NCBI RefSeq assembly: GCF_026151205.1
Contig: NC_087080.1
Coordinates: 4,810,797-4,874,796 of the forward strand
DNA from: Bolinopsis microptera
Lineage: Eukaryota
DNA: 64,000 bases
Direction of reading: 5' to 3'
How positions within the stretch are numbered: position 1 is the stretch's first letter; each line of letters opens with the position of its first letter. A program made the translations under genes and the position numbers. Below the pieces are notes generated by a model that worked only from the letters and a program-made list of their open reading frames with translations, ran no database searches and was not told the DNA's origin. Below, in pieces: positions 58,875-64,000 of the stretch.

Positions 58875-59109
58875 GTAACGTTCATTAGTTGCAGTTGAAA
58901 TAGTTACAGAATTTTCGGGAATTCATACTAAAGATCATTCTTGTTCCTAAAGTTCTTGATCGTTCTTGTTCCTAAAATTGCAGCATTCCAAAAATTTGGT
59001 AAACCTTACAAGCATTCTTAAATCGATCGCATCTAGTATTCTCCTTCATAAAATAGAAAAATTATAATTTCAAATTTGGACACGAGTCTTGGAACACCCT
59101 GTACTTTAG

Positions 59110-59196
59110 GTGTGGCTGGTAACCAAGCTTACATGAGCTGTATCGGAGACATCACACTCAACGGACAACCAATCACGGAGTTAGACGACGGTCTAG
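59110..59196 (+). CDS. Exon 48: LamG C-terminal motif
   Basis: GVAGNQAYMSCIGDITLNGQPITELDDGL; donor gtttgt. Confidence 0.55.
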
Positions 59197-59349
59197 GTTT
59201 GTTAGAATGACAGTTGATGTTTGGTGATTTTAGCTATAATATAAAACTAGCAGCACCTTGGTGTAACTCAAACTGATGACCGTAAAGACTACCGAAAATA
59301 AAATTTATGTTTTAAGGACTCTGAAAAATTTACAACTTCCCCATCTCAG

Positions 59350-59435
59350 GTGTCAAATCCTGTTCTGACGAAGTCAACACTGAGTACGAGAACAGGCTGG
59401 GAGTTGAGGTTTGGGCTAAGCTTGGCCTCTTGTAA
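59350..59435 (+). CDS. Exon 49: putative terminal exon with stop TAA at 59433-59435. A gtaaga donor overlapping the stop means continuation cannot be excluded.
   Basis: GVKSCSDEVNTEYENRLGVEVWAKLGLL*. Confidence 0.4.
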
Positions 59436-60721
59436 GACGATCTACCTACTTGTTAAAACTGGGACTGCTCCAACTGTAAATTAGTCCCTCTTCAATTTAT
59501 CTTGCATTGGGAACCACTAGCTTTACAATGCCTAAGGGAATTATTGTCCGTGTAACAGCGAAATGAGATAAATTTTATGACTGTTAAGGTGACCCTTTGT
59601 GCGGTTGTACGCATTTTTAGATTAATTGACTTTAATAATTCGCCAGAATGAGAAAGGGAATATTAATTCATTTTAAAAATACTTGACCTTTGATTCTCTT
59701 TTGCATGGATGATTAATTTATTAACTTGCAGGCACCACAATTGATTTTGACTATTATATATATATTTTTATTCTATGATTAATCCAATTAATTCTATTTC
59801 TAGCATACTTTTTCTACGCTTTTATTTTTAGTAACCGGTTTAGCTTAAATTTTTCTGACGAATATAATGTAAATATTTTAAATCTATTTTCAAGCTTTTT
59901 GATTAACTTACATTTTCTGGCTGTTCGACCTTCGGCTACTCTGCTGGAACTATTCACTATTACACATTGTCGTTCTGCCAATTAAAGATCGTTTCTGAAC
60001 GTGTAAAGTGTTTGCGACATACTTAAATAGTAAATACATATTATTATTTTATGCTATTTGCTCTGAGAATTCAAGCCCTTTATGAACGAACTGTTTCAGT
60101 TTTTATGATTTTATGCTTTTTAGTTTTTGTACAATTTTTAAGTAAAACTTTAAAGTAGACTCTAAGATTAATTTTTTCAATATGCATATTTGTTGCTGTT
60201 ACCATACCAGTGGTACCGGTAGTTTATTTACTACGGATATTCTGGCACTAGTTTTTAAACTCAGAACTGATTCGCCGTTTTATTGTTTATGAATATTATT
60301 TCAAAGCAATGTAACAAAAGTCAAAAGGTCAGCATGTTTGTATTACAGGGATGAATTTTAATGCAATATCGATTCAACGTATTGGAATTGAAAGATGACT
60401 GTTCTAGTTCATAGTTCTCATACAATTCAACAGTTCGATTATATCGTAAATCCATGTAACTGTAAGAAGTATTATCTTAAACAAATTATTTCGGGATCAC
60501 CCGTGAGTACATCGCCGCATTAAAACGTGCCCTTTGACCTGGATTCTGAAATATATGTTATATAGTCAGTATAGTGATGTTAATGCTATTGTTTAACTTT
60601 TGTTTTGACACGGAAGAATACATGTTTCATGCTTGTGTATGTTTAATTAGTAATTGCAGCGAGCGACTGATCAATAATTAACGGATGATACTCGTAAAAT
60701 ATCTGTTCCATATATATATAC

Positions 60722-62500
60722 AGGACCGTCGACGAGTCCAACTCGGCGCGCGTCCTGGTAGGTTGTAAACCTACAAATCAATAATTACATTTTGGTTGTA
60801 ATATTGAATATGGTACATTTCTACAATCTGATACTGATAGGAGCATTTAAATTTTAAGTAAATTGACTGACTTAGGTCAGCTTCAAAGTCTGAACAGCTA
60901 GCTATGTACCCCTCCATGACACTTGTCGGTCAAGCATTACTGATTACTGTCTGGATCATATTTGACGAATGTTACTAGTCTAAATTTCTTCGAAGTAGCG
61001 CGCGCCGCTTTCTTCTCGAGATGGCGCGCCGGGCCAGACCATCAACAATGGTCAATCCACAATCTGGATCATCACTGTTGGTTTGGGGATGGTGCCAAAC
61101 ACTATTAGTACTGCATTGCTAACCTTGTCTCACGTCGTGATAGCATTTATTTTTGGAAACAAGGAAAGACTTTTTTATTTTTAAACGGCTGTCCGTAACA
61201 CAATAACATACACAATTTTTTATAATTATATTATATTATACAATTTTTGAGGATATATCATATTATATGCGAAATAAAAATTATAGTTTGCGCCCGGTGC
61301 GTTAAACATTACTGAGCCGCGCTGAGCGATCAGCCTTTCATTCCGATGAATCTCTATGTTTATGAACATAATAGCCTGAGGTCCCCTTGTCATACGTTGT
61401 ATGACCCGCCGCGCACGAGTGCGCGGCTCCCCCTGCATCGTCGAAACTCTACAGTTCACTATAGTGAAGCGACCGTGGGGGTCACCACGTGATACAAAGG
61501 TCCCCAGGTAAGTCGAACATCGAAACGGCAACGTTGAACGTGATCCTCCGATCGCGATCCAATATATATTTTAAAAATCGTGTATGATATTGTAGCTTTA
61601 TAACCTACCTGGACGGGCGCCGTTATCACCCGTTAACGTGTATCAAAGACCGGCTCAGCGCGTGTTATTTGGTAAAACTTTGCCTTGGACATTGGAGTAG
61701 GGGGTGCACGATAAAAATAAACTTTCTCGGATTTAAAAAATTTTTGTATCACTGTTTTCTAGAGACTGTGAGAATTTTCACAATACCAAATTTGTTATAC
61801 CTTTTTGGAAAGATCAGTGAGTTTCGCCTAGGTGCCATATTTGATGGTGCGCTGCTTTTGGAGCAAAAGTAGCTGTAAAAGTTGCGTATTAATTTGACCA
61901 TTCACATAGCCATGTGCGCTACTGCAAGCGAGAGGGCTTTTATCTGGTTAGAGCAAATTTGACCAAATTCGTCCAAATTTGACCATTTTTGTCGTCAGTA
62001 GTATTATTCGGATTTATTTTCAGTATATTCCTTAAATGAGATCATTCTGGAAATTGGCGACGACCTTCCAATAGAGCTTTCACAACTGTCCGAAAAATAT
62101 CGGAGTTGATATAGTGATCAAAATGGGGCAAAATACGCTGTTTTTAGCTGTAACATAATGTCTGATGGTTGGACATGCTTTAAATTTTTGTTGCAATTGG
62201 AGGTCGGGAAGGATACTCAATATCTATTTGTTTGAAGGAAATTGTGCTGGCCGAAATTAGCGCTTAAAAACCATCCTACAGTCGGCACGCGCGGCTCACT
62301 GTCGATGGCGCACTACATAATTGGAGGACTTCGATGCACCGCATAAACCATTATTTTTACTTCGCATCAAAGTAATTTATACGAGTAACATCCGTCAAAT
62401 GCTAAAACCCCGACCCTAACGAGAAATTATACCAACTTCCTTATATGGCCAGTCATATCACGTGATCGCGAGACAGTTTTTCGCCAATATCTCGTCATGT
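60722..62500. repeat. Mosaic of repeat families also present in the 7.9-22 kb region (junction motif, R1-like fragment, R2 copy 3)
   Basis: 60722-60775 ggaccgtcgacgagtccaactcggcgcgcgtcctggtaggtt matches 19368-19425. 61380-61500 resembles 21100-21200. 61692-62330 is the R2 family. Confidence 0.65.
61692..62330 (+). mobile_element. R2 copy 3
   Basis: gggggtgcacgataaaaataaactttctcgg...gatggcgcactacat, flanked by ATTGGAG on both sides (7-bp target duplication). Confidence 0.65.
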
Positions 62501-62755
62501 TCACCTAACCATGTGCTTTCGCACCGCTAATTTGAAATTCGATAAAAGAAATATCAGAAAAATTAAATACATTCGTACGGAGCAGTTATGATTCAGTGAT
62601 TAAGAAATAAGCCGGAATATTTTACAATGTACAATTTACACTGATTTGTAGTCACCTGTATTAAAGAAAATAGCTGATTCATGAGCAAAGTCCTTTAACA
62701 AATTCCGTATTTTGAATGGCAAATATTGAAATGTGGTCAATAAGTTTGAAGGTTT

Positions 62756-63040
62756 TTTTTTTTTTTTTTTTGGTGCAACACTCACTGACTTGACTCTTGC
62801 GAGCAAGCGACCTATAAGAACGATGGGTCCTACTGAAGCCCAGCTGGTTTGCATCGAGTCCACTATTCCAGGACGAACCTGCTGGTACCATTTCTGAGCA
62901 ATGGCAGTTGGGTCGGGGGCGCCCCTCCTAAGAATGACTGCCGTAGATCCCGGGGATTGCATACTTATATTTGATATGCGTTTATACTCACTCCTTGCTA
63001 AGCCATTAATCTTACACACAACCACAAGTCGATGCCGAGG
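62756..63040 (-). mobile_element. Possible SINE-like retroposon with a 20-nt poly(A) tail (minus strand)
   Basis: A T20 run at 62756-62775 is poly(A) on the minus strand, closing a ~265-bp body that includes a B-box-like ggttcgtcc. ORF 62636-63025(-) is probably spurious (its K-run is the poly(A)). Confidence 0.3.
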
Positions 63041-64000
63041 AGTTAATGTTTGGTGTAATTCTAGAAAAGTTAATATATAAGCGGCTCTATAGTTTCCTTA
63101 CTTCCAAGGGTATAATACATGAAAACCAGTTCGGCTTTAGAAAAGGACACTCCACCAGCCATGCACTGAACTACTCTGTAGAACATATAGAATCGTTAAT
63201 TAGTAAAAAGCAACATGTCCTAGGGGTCTTTATCGATATGATCTCTCAAAAGCCTTTGACACTCTAGACCACTGTAAACTAACTGACTGACTTAGGAAAC
63301 AATTTGTGACAATTTGCTGCCGATTCGAGAAATAAAGCATATGAATTAGCTAATGAAGTACTACAGGCCGTAAACAAGTATATGGGAGTTAACCTACTGC
63401 ACATTAATGTAAAGAAGTGTTGTTACATGTATTTTTCTCCCTCTAAACGTAATAATAACGAATTAGATGCCGATATAGATAGCCAAAACTTGTCCATTAA
63501 TAACAAAATAATTAAACGTGTAAGTCAGACAAAATTTCTTGGAGTAATCATGGATGATAAACTGAGCTGGAAACCACATATATCATCCCTCAACAAGAAA
63601 CTAAGAAGTGCTTGTGGACGTATCTACCGTATTAAGAAATGCTTACCAGAATCACTGTATAAGCAAATATATCATTCTCTCTTTGAATCACACCTAGGTT
63701 ATGCTATTTCTGTCTGGGGAGGTATTCCCAATAATCAGTTAAAACCGCTATTTATTACTCAAAAGAAGTGTATCAGGATTCTATTTGGAGACTATGAAGC
63801 TTATGTAGACAAGTTCAAGACATGTGCTAGAGCAAGACCAATTAATTCTCAACGTCTAGGATCTGAATTCTATGTTAAAGAGTCCACTAAGCCTCTATTC
63901 ACAAAACATGAATTACTTGTTACAGAGAACCTGTACAGATACCGTTGTTTAATGGAACTTTTTAAGATCATTAAGTCACGAGTACCAATTTCGTTATACT
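63040..64000 (+). mobile_element. 5'-truncated LINE copy, same family as 12011-14086, with an internal deletion; runs off the window end
   Basis: ORF 63046-63267 reads FGVILEKLIYKRLYSFLTSKGIIHENQFGFRKGHSTSHAL...VFIDM. After 63300, NLLHINVKKCCYMYFSPS...LSWKPHISSLNKKLRSACGRIYRIKKCLPESLYKQIYHSLFESHLGYAISVWGG parallels 12600-13000. Confidence 0.75.
63046..63267 (+). CDS. LINE RT N-terminal fragment
   Basis: See the mobile-element entry. Confidence 0.7.
   Translation: MFGVILEKLIYKRLYSFLTSKGIIHENQFGFRKGHSTSHALNYSVEHIESLISKKQHVLGVFIDMISQKPLTL

Noticed and set aside
62636-63025. 129-aa minus-strand ORF containing KKKKKK
   Set aside because: The lysine run is the translation of a T20/A20 homopolymer. 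The ORF spans a retroposon tail and flank.
1-64000. Expectation of a prokaryotic defence or other novel bacterial system (CRISPR, toxin-antitoxin, etc.)
   Set aside because: The sequence is clearly eukaryotic. It has GT-AG introns with phase-consistent exons, LINE and Penelope elements, a Pol III tRNA gene with a T-run terminator, and no operon-like gene packing or RBS-spaced ORFs.

Overview
This window is eukaryotic, AT-rich, repeat-dense DNA of invertebrate type: spliced genes with GT-AG introns, non-LTR retrotransposons, a Penelope-like GIY-YIG fragment, MITEs and satellites. No prokaryotic system is present. Layout by coordinate:

- **1-5.9 kb:** a near-complete jockey/CR1-like LINE ORF2 (APE endonuclease plus RT). 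Next to it are an antisense GIY-YIG (Penelope-like) endonuclease fragment and an internally deleted LINE ORF that keeps the endonuclease and the C-terminal tail but lacks the RT core.
- **7.9-21.4 kb:** a nested, near-perfect palindrome. The outer arms are about 1.77 kb each and each carries a Tc1/mariner-like MITE. The inner 5.3-kb palindrome is built from inverted 11-bp satellite arrays and roughly 3.8 tandem copies of a 797-bp palindromic unit. Differences between the arms show three insertions (a 5'-truncated LINE, a hAT-like nonautonomous element, and a 2.07-kb block), each as a filled site facing an empty site within this window.
- **24-31.5 kb:** LINE fragments and several tandem or satellite repeats.
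- **31.5-35.3 kb:** a polyG-hairpin-satellite-hairpin-polyC island: a 3.2-kb CT-rich satellite with about 600-bp higher-order periodicity, ending next to the 3' tail of an antisense LINE.
- **36.8-59.4 kb:** a plus-strand gene of about 49 exons that stay in phase. It encodes a secreted LDLa-Ig-EGF-LamG protein with perlecan/agrin-like architecture and an unusual exon of about 35 TDGDAEEE acidic repeats. Its introns hold a tRNA-Arg(TCG) gene, a direct-repeat-flanked fragment with a tyrosine-recombinase-like N-terminal motif, a Tourist-like hairpin MITE and a minisatellite.
- **60.7-64 kb:** a mosaic of the same repeat families, a poly(A)-tailed retroposon-like segment and another truncated LINE copy.

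All coordinates were read by eye and are approximate to a few bp.
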